This document shows, in pieces, positions 49,760-64,000 of a DNA stretch of 64,000 bases; positions within the stretch are counted from its first letter, which is position 1, and every line of letters starts with the position of its first letter. The DNA comes from Dimorphilus gyrociliatus (Eukaryota > Animalia > Annelida), in contig CAJFCJ010000002.1 of the NCBI GenBank assembly GCA_904063045.1, positions 3,715,891 through 3,779,890 on the forward strand, in the 5' to 3' direction. A program made the position numbers and the translations under genes. The notes below the pieces were generated by a model. The model was given only the letters and a program-made list of their open reading frames with translations. It ran no database searches and was not told the origin of the DNA.

Positions 49760-49940
49760 CTAGCTTGCTGCGGAGCTAGTTCATGACATGCGCACTGAGC
49801 GCAAGCTTCGCATATTCGTCATTTTTGCGCATTTGGTAGGGGACGCTTCGCATTCTCCGCATACCATAAATAGCAAGTAAAATTTTCGAAATCGGTTCAA
49901 TCGCTATTTATTTTATTATAAGAAAAAGACAAGTGAGTAT
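49760..49940 (+). promoter_or_regulatory. Probable TEAD promoter and non-coding first exon
   Basis: Locally GC-rich island with CATGCGCA (NRF1-like), followed by a good donor CAA|GTGAGT near 49931. An acceptor lies just before the TEAD ATG at 51562. Confidence 0.4.
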
Positions 49941-51561
49941 TAAAATTTGTTTAAGTTAAAGAAATTGTCACCGAACAGTCGTAGAACCTTAAAATAAGGA
50001 AAGAATGACAGCAATGCAGGTGCGCAGGCAATGACTCACTGCGACCTGAGATATCTGGCGTTCTTTGTCCAACGTTGGCTATAGCATTTATTTAAGGCTG
50101 TGCAGACTGTATCTGGAGCGCGCGCTTTAAATAAATGCTACAGCAAACTTCTAGGCCTATATAAGCTTATGTATAAGTATATTTAATAACGTTAGATTAA
50201 TCCTCTTTTTAAAAATAAAGTAGAAGCATTGAATTAGTATAAATTCCAAGAAGTTTAACGTATACAATTTTTGTATTTAACTTATAAATAATCACTTGAT
50301 TAGTATGTTGTATTGTATATAGTTTTATTTATATCACCGCTTCTTCTATCCTTTTCTTGTATATTGTTTCTCTAGTGAAGAACGTCTAACGGTTTTTTTA
50401 AACATTGATAGCACCAGTCGTGATTTCTCACAGACGGTCACGGTTCATAATTTAGTTTCCTCTTTATTCGATAAGTGCGCTCAAACCGGAATACGAATAG
50501 AAAAGTCTAAGTTGATCAGTTTATTAAATATATACTCTTAATTTGAATATATCGTAATGTAGAGCTCTTACAGAAGTAGCCAGAAGGATGGTTTGAAATA
50601 GATGCTCTACATTACATGTTAAGGTGTTAAGTTTACATCTGAATCTAGTTAGAGCGTACATTTTACCAAACGCTCTAATCTTACTTACGGCTCAGTAGAC
50701 GAGAGAATTTGTAACACATGATGACAAAGACTTTACACGCGTCCAAAAAAAAAATCCAATATAATTTAAGTAACAATTATGTGTCTCGCGTTATGTAATT
50801 GTTACGTAAGGAAGTGTTAGGATATCTAGTTCGATACAAAATTCCATCTCCTACTTTTCTTCTTCGTTTTGTAATTACAAAATTCTTTCATTAGTTTCTA
50901 CTATTGGATAATTAATTAATTGATTTCATTAAAATGGAATTTGAGAATCTTCAATATACTAAGAATTAATTGCTGAAGCAGCAAAAAAGCATATGTGATA
51001 AATATAGGCTTGGTAGTTTATGACCGACAGACAATTTCTTTCTATGAAATTCTTATATAGAATAAATATTACCTTATCTCTTGGTAAAAAATGCCAAACA
51101 TATATAAACATAAAGAAATAGACGGCTTTTTTTTTGTAAAATATAATTTATATTTTATTTGGTGTTTTAAGAATTGAATTAACCCAATTAAACATAATTT
51201 ATAATGACAGTATTTATTATTATTAATAAATCAAAATAGCTATTAAAAATTTTGAACCTAAACCTTTTGTAATTATTATACAATTGTAAATATACTATCA
51301 TCGGTTTGAAGTACTTTATAGATAACGATTGAATTTTGATAAGGATAAGAATTGATGAGATATAGGTTATTCGTGGAGAGTTACAGTTTTTTAATTAATA
51401 AAGGTTACGGTACAAAAAAACAAAGGCGATATCGTCTTTCTACTACTTTTTACCATGCTCCAAAACTTATCTTTTTCCCTGTAATTATAACTATGCTTCA
51501 CTTTTAAGATTTTCTTAATAAAAACTTTTTACTTAAAAGTATTACTTTCTTTTAAAAAAGA

Positions 51562-53410
<1,849 letters not shown>

Positions 53411-54548
53411 AAAAAAAATGCCTATCGCTTTTGAAATGTGCTTCTTCAACAGTGCCATCCGATTTCGGATACTGAATGATCTCAATTTGCCTCTCTATAC
53501 TTATACGACTTATCCTTTTTCTTTTTTTTACTATATTTCCTTCGACTATGTGCTCTAATCCGTCTTTTTCTAAAATGTTCTGTAATATATCACAGAAAGA
53601 TAGCATATCATCAAAAATTTATGTATATGTAAATTATTGTATAAAAAGACAAAAAAAACAAAACAAAACAAAAAAAAACAGAGATGGTTTTATATTTTTT
53701 ATTTATTATTTTTGCTGTGCTCTTTTTTTCTTCCCTTTACAAAATCTGCTGTTTGTTTAACGTGTTTCTTTATGCAAATTGTAGTAAAATACTAATAAAT
53801 ATATTTTATTAATGTTAAAATTATAAAAATTTTAATTAATATTCTACTTTAAATGAAAATGCTGTAGTTCCCAAATGTAGGGTTAAGTGAATTTGCAGGT
53901 AACAACAGCTGCAGACATTAAAGCATCAATCACTTTTATTTCCGAAATAATTGCGATCAATTTGCCAAAGGGTTAAAAATAAAAGTACAACATTTTTTGA
54001 AAGTCGATTATTTCTAGGAAAGCAGAAGATAGGGGTGCAAAGCGCATAATTAAATATTTTAAAGAATAATGTATATACTTATATTACTGGTGGGTAAAGA
54101 GCATAAGGAGAATGTTTAAATATAGGACAAATATAAAAAGCATTTGCTGACCTGATTAAAAGAATGACCAATTTCGACTTTTTTCGATAAAAAAATTATC
54201 AGTTCTATTTTCATAGGCAGTGACCTAATTATTTATGTAAATGGAAATTCAGTAGTCCACTTTAGGTCTATCATGTTCTTTTGAAATTGCCACCATTTTA
54301 GTGCGATGTCCATAACAAATACGGTTTAGAATCATTGTTGGTTTCGTAAACGCTTTGGAAAAATCGGTTTTCAAAGCATTCTGATATTGCAATGTTAGTT
54401 TACATTTTAAAATAAATTTTAATAATTATTTTGTAATAAAAGCATTTCGGTCTATTAGTATTTGAATTTGCTGGAATTTCCATTGCAGTCAAGAAATCGG
54501 GGTTCTTGCCGCTTGTGTGATCGATAATACCAAATTGTTTTGTTTATA

Positions 54549-55709
54549 ATGGCCGATGTTGAGGATTATTCAAAACTAAAAGTGTGTTTTAACATATAAT
54601 AATACAATTTAATTACAATTAAAAAATGCTATGTGTTTTAAATATGTGATCCTTTTAGGTTGTCGATTTACGTAAATTATGCAAAGAAAAAGGTCTAGAT
54701 CACTCTGGAAATAAAGCAGACCTGGTGAACAGGTTACAAGAACGAGCAGCTGAAGAAGAAATAGGAGACCTTACAGGTATTTAAATATACCAATTAATTT
54801 ATTGCGATCTTATTCCGAATTTTCCAAAGCTGACATTGGAGGAGACGACGTCACAGACGATGTGTTAAATGTAAGTTTGTGTAAGATTACTTGTAAATGC
54901 ATTGCTTAAACCTTATTTCTATATAGGATGGGGAGCTTAGTGATCCAAATGATGATGACCATGTCAAAGACGGTGATAAATCCACCGTATCAAATTCCAA
55001 TCCAGAGTAAGTAGCTCCTAGCATTTTCAGTTATTCGAATCATTAATTATGCATCATTTAGACAAGGAAAACCTAATAAAAAACCAGAGGAAAAAGAACC
55101 AACCCAACCGAAATCAGAATCAGCTTCTTCAGCAGCAACAGTAAGTAATGAAGAAAATTTTTAACTAATTTTAAAGTAACATATGTTACCTATTTTATCT
55201 AGAAATTAGAAGAGAGAGCAAAAAGATTTGGAGGTTTTGTCTCAGATGAGGCTAAGAAAGCTCACAGAGCAGCTAGATTTGGCCAAGCTACAGTAAATAT
55301 GAAAATATTCAGATAATATTTCATATTTTATTAATAACGTTTCCATAATTTAATATTAGAGTCCCGACGTGCTAAAGCGTCGCGCGGAACGTTTTGGTCA
55401 AGTCAATTCTACTAAAGACTCAGCTAAATCAGCCAATACTGTAAGTTATAACTTTTCATTAAATTACTATTAATAATTCAATTGATTTTCAGGATACAAG
55501 TGCCAGCTCCGAAAAACTTCTGGAGAGAGCAAAACGTTTCGGAATTCAAACTAAAGTAAGTTCAATATAATGGTGTAAAATTATGTATATATTTTAATGC
55601 CTCTTAGGAGACTAAAGAGGAGCAATTAAGAAAGAGATCAGAAAGATTTGACGTAGAAGCTATCAATAAGAAAAAGGCTCGCGCTGAAAGATTTAAAATA
55701 AAAAGCTAA
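54549..55709 (+). CDS. SARNP: SAP domain-containing ribonucleoprotein (SARNP/CIP29/Tho1), many short exons
   Basis: MADVEDYSKLK|VVDLRKLCKEKGLDHSGNKADLVNRLQ (SAP domain), then repeated RAKRFG/RAARFG/RAERFG motifs; ends KKARAERFKIKS*. Not in the ORF track because the exons are short. Confidence 0.85.
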
Positions 55710-56116
55710 ATGAATAACTTTCTGTATATTGATCTTCTTTGTTATAGATAGTCTATGCGTAGTGGTTCATTTCTCTGCTGTTAATAAAATTGTTCTGTCT
55801 TCACTATTTTTTAAAACTATTGGAGGTTAAAATAAATAAATTAACATATATTCAGTACATATAAATGTAAATATATACGGTATATCTATATACATTATAT
55901 ATATTTTTATATTAGTATATACAGTGTATATGTGATATATAAAAATGTGTACTTATTAATATGACAAATGCATATGTAATTTTAAATTTACATGCTTTAT
56001 TTATTCAATTTTAATGGCAGATAGTAGCTTTTTTAAATACTTCGACCAATAACGAGATGCACATGCGAGTTAAGGCTCTCGATATATTGCAGAGAGAAAA
56101 TTTAATAATTTCCTAT

Positions 56117-57283
56117 TTAGTTGGACGGGTTCGTCCCAGGAGAACTGGTACATGTTGCAGTATTTCTATCAAAAGCACCATTTGAATCGGAACTGACAAG
56201 TTTACCGTTTTGGTAACAACCTCCCAAGCCATACAAATGATTTAGATATTTTTCTTCGTCAATTAAATTCTCAAAGAAAAGTTCACGCATTTTGAAGAAG
56301 ACCTGACCAGTTACAAGACTATCAGACCCAGCCTGGTGTTGTTGACCTATTCTAATAATTTCCAGTTGATCGGCAATTTCTTGCAATCCTCCTTTCAGCT
56401 GTTTGCAGCTTTTCATCAAATATTTTACATCATAAATTTTGGGGAAGTATGTATTCAAGTATTCGTGAAATCGCATCTCACTATCTGGTAAATTTCTTAC
56501 AATGAGTAAATGAAGAAGATACGAAAAATCATAAGAGCTACAGAAGGGAGAAATGAAAAATATTTTATTATTCAACAGCTATTTGATATGTTTAAAAAAA
56601 AATAACCTATGAAAACTTAACCAATAAACGTTATCCATTAGTATTAAACCGGATCCCAAAAGTATTTCCGCAAAATCGCAAGGATCAATTCCTTCCGTAC
56701 TATGTTTGGCAAATAAAATACCAGAGTTCTGAAGCAGATCAATCGAATCCGAAGCATACATGTCCTCGTTCAAGTTAAAATGAAAGTTGAACTGGAAAGT
56801 GCAAGTGGGAGAGGGAGTTCGACCATTTTTATCCATAAATGTTAGGCCAATCTGTAAAATGAATTTATTTTATATCTTAATTCTATTTGGAAACCACTGT
56901 ACTTGTATAACTTTCAAAACATCCACGTTACATTTCATACATTGGTATTGGAAGTCATTCGTGCTCTTAAACTCTCCCATTGGACGGCAACAGACACCGG
57001 GAAATTCTGTATCCTAGATTTTTGAAGATGATCAATTTTTTATCTATATTTCCAAGAACATGAATCTTACCATGGCTACATAGTTGTATTGCGTCACCAA
57101 CTTTCGAATTTTTTTAAAAGCTTCTTCTAAATCATTCTTCCAAACGTCAACGATTTTCTCATCATTTTGTTTGAGAATGATGCGCTGTTGAGAAGCCATT
57201 GTGTGGTTCGAGACAGAAGATGGCAAGTGGTGCATCAATTGCAATCCGTTATCATTAATACTTGAAATGGCAGTCATTTGCAT
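56117..57283 (-). CDS. CNOT7: CCR4-NOT deadenylase subunit CNOT7/8 (CAF1/POP2)
   Basis: IVDVWKNDLEEAF...YVAM|DTEFPG...CNVDVLKVIQ|IGLTFMD...FQFNFHFNLNEDMYASDSIDLL...FPKIYDVKYLMKSC...KGGLQEIA...HQAGSDSLVTG (DEDD nuclease). Confidence 0.96.
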
Positions 57284-57663
57284 TTTTTTAATTCTAGTGT
57301 AAAAAGTTAATAAAATTACACTAGCATCAAATTTCAATTTTGGTTGGACTCTATATATGACTATCTGTCAGTTAGATTATCGGTAATTTGTCTAAGAGCG
57401 TACCATCAGATGGCGATGTTGAAAACAATATAGTACAACCCTAGTACACTGACACTAATGTGTCAATATTATTAACTAGAAAGAAACTTACTGGTTAATA
57501 CTTTAATTTTCAGATAGAGTATTTTTTTCAAGTGTCTTGTGCGAAGTTTTGAGAAAATATTACTTTTTTAGATTCATCAGTTATCGCAAAGAATTATTGA
57601 ACCGCCATGTTACCGGAAGTCGATATTTCACAATTTCACACCGACTGAGAAAACTGGTAATAT

Positions 57664-59538
57664 ATGGCGGTTTCGTTCTCAGCGAAAACATTGCTGCAAA
57701 ACAGCCGTAAGTTGAAGAATTTTTACTATCAATAAAAATAGCTAATATTTAATCATTCAAGGTTGATATTGATCTCTTTAAAAGAAACGCCTTTTTTGAA
57801 ATAACTATGAAATTGCTTTTTAGCAGATGACCTTCAGTTTCTATGTTGAGATGTAAATACATGTTTCTTTTATAGTTAGCCGCTCGGCTCCATCGGCTGT
57901 GGGATTATTGCAAAAGAGAAATGAGAGCACAGAGTTCGTATCTGCCCAACCTTCGCAAAATTTGGCAAATGTGAGACGCGGAACTGGAGGCAGATCATCG
58001 TTTAGTGGTTTAGTCTGTACTGTCTTTGGTGCCAGTGGATTCCTCGGTCGTTATGTTGTGAACCAATTAGGTATTTTTTCTTTTCTAATATTTGGTATAA
58101 TTTAGCAGCTAATGTCATTTTTTTTTAGGTAAAATTGGATCACAAGTAGTTATTCCTTACAGAGGCGAGCCATACTTTGCAAGACAGCTTAAACTCGCTG
58201 GGGACCTGGGTCAAATCCTGTTTATGGTAAGATTTACAAGTAATGGGATATTTGTAATAAACGCTATAAAATTTTTAGCCTTTTGAGCTGCGTGATGAGG
58301 AAGCTATTAGAAAATGCATGAAGTATTCCAACGTTGTTGTTAACCTTATTGGATGTGATTGGGAGACAAAGTTGGTGAATTGTACAAAGAAATATTTGTA
58401 AACGCTTTATTTAAATTTATTTTAATAGGAATTTTAAATTTGATGAGGTCAACAATGAAGGAGCTCGAAGACTTGCTAAAATTGCTAAGGAACAAGGAGT
58501 AGAAAAATTCATTCAGTTTTCATCTATTAACTCTTCACCTAATCCGCCAAGCTTCTACAAACAGGGAGGATCCAAATACTTGAGTACAAAGGTTTGAAAG
58601 ACGCCTCTTTTGAAAGATTGATATTAATAGTAATTAATTTTATTTTCAGTACGCAGGAGAACTGGCAGTTAGAGAAGAGTTTCCCGAAGCTATTATTCTT
58701 AAGCTAGCTGACGTCTATGGACAAGAAGATCGTTTCCTGAGATACTATGCAAGTTTTTGTATGTTTAGATTTATTTGACTACTTGTTAAATTAATGATGG
58801 CTAATCTAATTTGTATTTTCCAGATCGTCGAAGTTTCAAGATGCTTCCCCTGTACAAACAGGGATTAGAGACAATAAAAATGCCAATTCACTGTACTGAT
58901 GTGTCTAAGGCTACAATAAAAGCCATTCTTGATCCAGAAAGCAACGGTAAAACTTTCGAAATTGTTGGGTGAGTTGTTCGGCTTCAAATGATTTAGGTGT
59001 ACTTTTATATTAAGTGAATTTTTTGTTTTTGGGTGTGTTATAGTCCGAAGGCATACGTTCTTAACGACTTGGTAGAATATTTCTACAAGGTGATGAGATA
59101 TCCCCACATCAGAAAAACCCCAGTGCACCCGTTATTTAGGTAAGCCCAGGAAGAAATGGACTGGAATAACATATGTACTTTTTATATGTTTATCTGCTAT
59201 GATTTATTATTTATAGGCTCAAAGTAAAGTGGATGTCGATGATGCCGTCGTACCCGATTCTATCCGATGATAAACTAGAAAGAGTTGCGTTATTGTTTGC
59301 GTTATCAATTTAATACCTAATTGAACCTTTTTAACCCCTATAGGAATTCGTATCGGATAAGATAACCGGAAATCCAGGGCTGGCTGACCTTGGGATAACA
59401 CCAATAAATTTAGAAGATCGTATACATTGGGAACTGATGCCGTACCGAAAATATAATTATTATGAACCGAAAGTAGGAGAATTTCCCAATCCAGATCCTC
59501 CACCCAATCTTGGAGCTCCACGTCCAGTTTTCATTTAA
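57664..59538 (+). CDS. NDUFA9: NADH dehydrogenase (ubiquinone) 1 alpha subcomplex subunit 9 (39 kDa)
   Basis: Mitochondrial presequence, then [33 protein letters not shown]|[12 protein letters not shown]...[10 protein letters not shown]...[10 protein letters not shown]...; ends [11 protein letters not shown]...RPVFI*. Confidence 0.95.
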
Positions 59539-60645
59539 GAACCTTAAAATTGACTATAAACAAAAATCTATAAAATTGAAAAGATAAAGATAATTTGTGA
59601 GTTTCACCTAAGTGACAACTTATTATATTAATAGCAAAAGAATCGAACCGGCTTTTGCTTAAATCCTTCAATTCGATTGTATCATATTTCGTATGAGGAA
59701 TTGCATTATGATTTATGAGAGGAATTAGTCTTCTGATTGCAAGCGATACTCTGTAAACAAAATCTTAGAAATAGGAATTTTATTTATTTTATATCTCTCA
59801 TAATCCTTCGGGGATTGTTCGAAAAATTCCTTCAGAACCACTTGCTAAACCACTTCCCTGTGTGCTCTTTTTGCGTGTTTTGTCGAAAAGAATTAGTCTA
59901 TACTTCCTAACGTCATTTGGGGAACTTTACTTTCTTTTTCCATCTATTTTCTATAGTTTGTATTAGCTTTTAATGTAATTTAAGAAGAGTTATATATCGT
60001 TTAATTATTCGCAAAATCATATTCTAAAGCACGATAATATTAATCATATGTAGAGCTATAAACCCTTTTATTATTTATGCATTTCACTGCCATCTTTTGG
60101 CAGATATTTAAGAATGCCTCAAGAGAACAGCTTTATGATCTGTTAATATAATATAGTTGTGTAAATTTTAGAACGATCAGAGATCGGATGATGAAAGAAC
60201 TTTGAATTATTATTTATGCAGACGCCTAAAATAACTGGATCAAGGCTTTCGCTTGTGTAAAAGGAGATAAATAGATACAGAAATAATTTTAGTATTTTAT
60301 TATGTTTAAATCCTTAATGATATTTTCTACCAGAGAAATTAACAAATGATAGTAATCCGCAAAATGAGGCTTAGCTGTAATGTATAAAAGTACCAAAAAT
60401 TTAATGACTAACTGATATGGAGCCGTATTACAAAAACCGTACTTCTAACGTAGACTCTTACAATTTTCTATGCCATTCAATTCCTTTATTTATAAGACAT
60501 ACAACTATATACAATCCTTTATATATAAATATTGTATATATGATTGTTTATATAATTTTAATGAAACTTTGATGTTTATTTTTATTTCTTCTTTACAAAC
60601 TATATAGATACCTTCTCTTTCCTTGTCTTTTCTTCTTTCGAAATT

Positions 60646-61527
60646 TCAAGAATCGGTTAAACTAACCGCATTAGAACTAAAACTACAGTTCATTAGAGAT
60701 TCGGAATCAGTCCTCTGGAGTTCCATATTCATTGACAGTTTAGATCTATATTTCATATTCTTAAGAGAGACGTAAGTAGATCCGGTAATAATCAAATTAA
60801 GAGCATGTATAGCAACTGAGAGCCCATAGCAGGGGCCCAATCTTGTACTTGTATCTTCTTTAATATTTAGTCTCTTTATTGCATATATAAACAAGGATGG
60901 AGAAAAAAATAAAGAAGTTGACCCACTAATAATAATAACAATTAACCAAAGATTCTCGTATTTGTAGAAATTTCTATAGAATATAGAATTCTGCATTCGT
61001 TTAACGTAAAAAATAAATCCACACGTTAAAGCAACACTTGTCGAGGTAACAAATGAGAAGAAACCATGCAATTGTGCTAATCCAGCTAAATAGAGTAATT
61101 CTTTTCTTTCTAATATATAAAAACTGTTGATGAATTGATGGCCAATTCTGTTTACTCTTTGCCTGTACTCACCATTTTTATGTACTAAATTCCAAAATAT
61201 ACAAGAACTTAAACTCCATTTTTTCCATTCACAAATCATAAACAAACCAGAAGTTAGAACGTTCTCTCGCTGATTAACATTATAACGAAAGAGCCAAAAT
61301 GGTAGGAATAATACTAAAGTTATAAAAAAGGCTTCCAAACAGAAACTGACCATTAATGTTTTTATTACAAAAGGAATTTCTTTTTTTTCAACTAATGTTG
61401 CTACTTTCTTACGACCAAAGCTAACTACTTTTGATTTTGTGCTAATAGATAGCTGGGGTCTAGGTGCTGTCCTAGGATAAGATAGTGTAGATTTTAGGGT
61501 ATATGTTGAAGTTTTTAATCGATTCAT
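60646..61527 (-). CDS. Claudin/PMP22-superfamily tetraspan membrane protein
   Basis: Four hydrophobic segments. The first loop has FW...SGLFMIC...SSC, matching the W-GLW-C-C signature. There is a possible in-frame 63-nt intron at 61110-61172. Confidence 0.65.
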   Translation of the reverse strand: MNRLKTSTYTLKSTLSYPRTAPRPQLSISTKSKVVSFGRKKVATLVEKKEIPFVIKTLMVSFCLEAFFITLVLFLPFWLFRYNVNQRENVLTSGLFMICEWKKWSLSSCIFWNLVHKNGEYRQRVNRIGHQFINSFYILERKELLYLAGLAQLHGFFSFVTSTSVALTCGFIFYVKRMQNSIFYRNFYKYENLWLIVIIISGSTSLFFSPSLFIYAIKRLNIKEDTSTRLGPCYGLSVAIHALNLIITGSTYVSLKNMKYRSKLSMNMELQRTDSESLMNCSFSSNAVSLTDS

Positions 61528-64000
61528 TACCCTCTCCTTTTAAATATTTCTGATGGAAAAGTTATTTTTAAATTAAGCATAAAATAGGCCTAATTATCTT
61601 CAACATATTTCACAATGTAATTACGTACAGCTGCCATAAGAAAAATTTCTTTTTTAGTAATAAAGTATACTATATATCAATACAATGTATTTTCTTTCTG
61701 TTTCTTTCTCTTTTCTTCTCACTCTCTCTCACACTCTCTCTCCCTGGCTCCCTCCTATTACCAGTGTTTTTCTAGTAGTATTGTTTTCAGCTACAGAAAT
61801 ATAAACTAATTGGAGATAATACGGGATATAGTGTAATTTGTATTCAATTAATTACAGCATATTCCCCAAATGTATAACGGAAAATTTGTTTGGAAGATAT
61901 CTTAGTTTTACGACATCTATATTCCTATAGGTGATAAACAAATAGATATACTTTTAATAACGAATAAAATGAGAATCTTCAACGGGTACTTTCTTAGGTT
62001 ATGTTTCTAGTTTCTTCTTTACAGGGTTTAAACGAGCTCAATCCATGCACTTAACATTTGATGCACATGTATATACTAGATATAGGTTAGTTGATACTAA
62101 TAGATAACTGTGTACGGATTGATAAGTATATAATAATTTATATATACAAAATATAAGGTATACAGCACACAAAATCGTGAAAGTATTAACGATATCTCAT
62201 GTTTTGGCCAGCGTTATATACATAATATTTTCTCTTCCCTCACCAATCTACAAATTCCCTTGTGCGACGTTAATGCTGTTTTAATCATCTAAGTGTTTTA
62301 TTGAGAGATTGGTGAAGGCGATATTGAGTGTCATCTATCGAAAACGATTGTAACAACCTAGATAAACTGAATAAAGAGAAAGAAAGGCAATACTCTAGGA
62401 GGGAAATACCTGTATTAAAAGGTCTCTTTTGAAACCTATAAAAAAAATAGTTCTAGTTAACTTCATAATTAGTTGCAAATTTTCTTAATTAATATCATTT
62501 CACAGATGTAACACAGTTGAGTTGTATTGTAGTGAATTTACTAGGGAAAATACTGTCTATAGTCACAACTTTGAGATTAGACAAAAAGAAAAAATCAATT
62601 GAAAATACATTTGTATCGAATTTCCATCTAAAATATGATTAAAAAGTATATATATTCGTATTCATTAAGCAATTTAACTATATAGATATTTGTTTTTAAT
62701 CAATTTTATATAGTTTTATTGTATAAATATATTTCATATGATTTATATATATTTCATATTGTGTAAATGTGTAAATTGATTACACCAAACTAAGTAGAAA
62801 AGCATCTATATGGGTATCGTCTGTAAAGTTTCACAAATAATTTACCAACGGTTCTTATCAAATTATTGAAACACCAATTCGTCATTTTATATATACAACT
62901 AGACGTACTTTTCTCTCTCTCCCTCTCTCTCTCCCTCCCTCCCTCCTTTTCTTCTTCCATCTCTTGTCTGCATTTTATACATCAGTGCATCTCTCTTTTA
63001 GCATCTTTTTATACTCTTCCTTTATTTTTCTTATTCGTCTGAAAATGTATATATAAAAATTAACGAATAGAATTCTTTAATATATAGTACATTTAAATTT
63101 TTACTTCTTTCATGTTTTTTCTCTTCTGCGTTCTCTGTAACTCTTCTCGTATTCTTTTTTATTTATGATCCATATTGGTCTTTTAATTAGCTCCTCTACA
63201 TCTAAAAAAAAAAGTAAATAATTGAATTTTATATATATATATATACATATATACAATATAAATATATAAATATATATAAATTATATGCATAGGATTTTTT
63301 TTTCGCCTATCGTCTTTACCCTTTCCTACTTCGCTAATATTTATTTAAACCGTAAATGATTTTGGTTTGCTTTATCAATTACCTGGGGTTCTTTTTGTAC
63401 TTGACTGGAATTCTGAGAAGCATATACAATGTTTGATAGATAAACTCTTTTGACAAGTCATGTATGGTATATTTCAACATAATATGTTTTTATGAATGTA
63501 TATCCCTATTGCTGTATTTACAGTCTTAAAATGAATTTGTATATATAGACATATATACTTTATAATGTATACACTGAAGTAGATACATTGGTTAATGAGG
63601 ATAAAATAGAATGATATAGCAGATTTATAACATTACAAGATCAGTTATTTATGCTTGGGGCCAATAGCTTTCAAATATATAAATATTGATTTTTGTCCCT
63701 TTGGCCCTGTGAAAAATCGCGCCGCTTAATTGCCAGTTTTGACGTAGTTCCAAGTTCGCATAGTTATTGCTTAGCTACGAGGAATGATGATCATAAAGAT
63801 TAATTGTCGATTACTAGAATTTGTTAATTATAATCCACAAAGAAGTACAAATAAGAAACTTTTTGTTGGTAAATGTTTGAACCTTGTTTTCAAAATTTTA
63901 TTATCGGATTACTATAATCCATGAAAAGTAGGGGGTAAATTTTGCAAAAGTGTATCGGATATGTGCCACTTGGACTAATCGAATGTATATATACACTTAA

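Noticed and set aside
59600-59950. GC-richer patch downstream of NDUFA9 with partial open frames and a 7-bp GCAAAAG/CTTTTGC hairpin
   Set aside because: I could not build a consistent spliced ORF or recognisable ncRNA; probably UTR or intergenic.
61530-64000. Long AT-rich terminal region with CT/TA tracts
   Set aside because: No supportable ORF, RNA gene or repeat family beyond simple microsatellites; probably upstream or intronic sequence.

Overview
This is AT-rich eukaryotic (animal, probably invertebrate) genomic DNA from a very compact genome. About 16 protein-coding genes are packed into 64 kb, mostly split by 45-100 nt GT-AG introns. An annelid or other lophotrochozoan with a miniaturised genome is my inference, not a verified identification. 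Gene order: PKD1-like polycystin (+, 5' end outside window, intronless), MMP (-), TRAF3-like (-, with a Tc1/mariner remnant in an intron), SEC16 (-), ankyrin-repeat protein (+), Thr-rich mucin-like membrane protein (+), a fused SufS/CsdA-type cysteine desulfurase + TtcA-type tRNA thiolase (-), RpL19 (+), PFK (-), a divergent IP3-receptor-like channel (-), beta-1,4-GalNAc/Gal-transferase (-), TEAD/scalloped (+), SARNP/Tho1 (+), CNOT7/8 (-), NDUFA9 (+) and a claudin/PMP22-like tetraspan (-). The strongest candidate for an undescribed system is the spliced single-polypeptide sulfur relay (PLP desulfurase + TtcA PP-loop Fe-S thiolase), which resembles the bacterial s2C32 tRNA-thiolation machinery inside an animal gene. 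Other notable items are an IP3R-like channel lacking the GGGVGD filter and carrying a 6-nt Glu-Glu microexon at the pore, duplicated alternative exons in PFK and TEAD, doubly anchored (TM + GPI-like) proteins, and two intronic hairpins. Exon boundaries were read by eye and are predictions.
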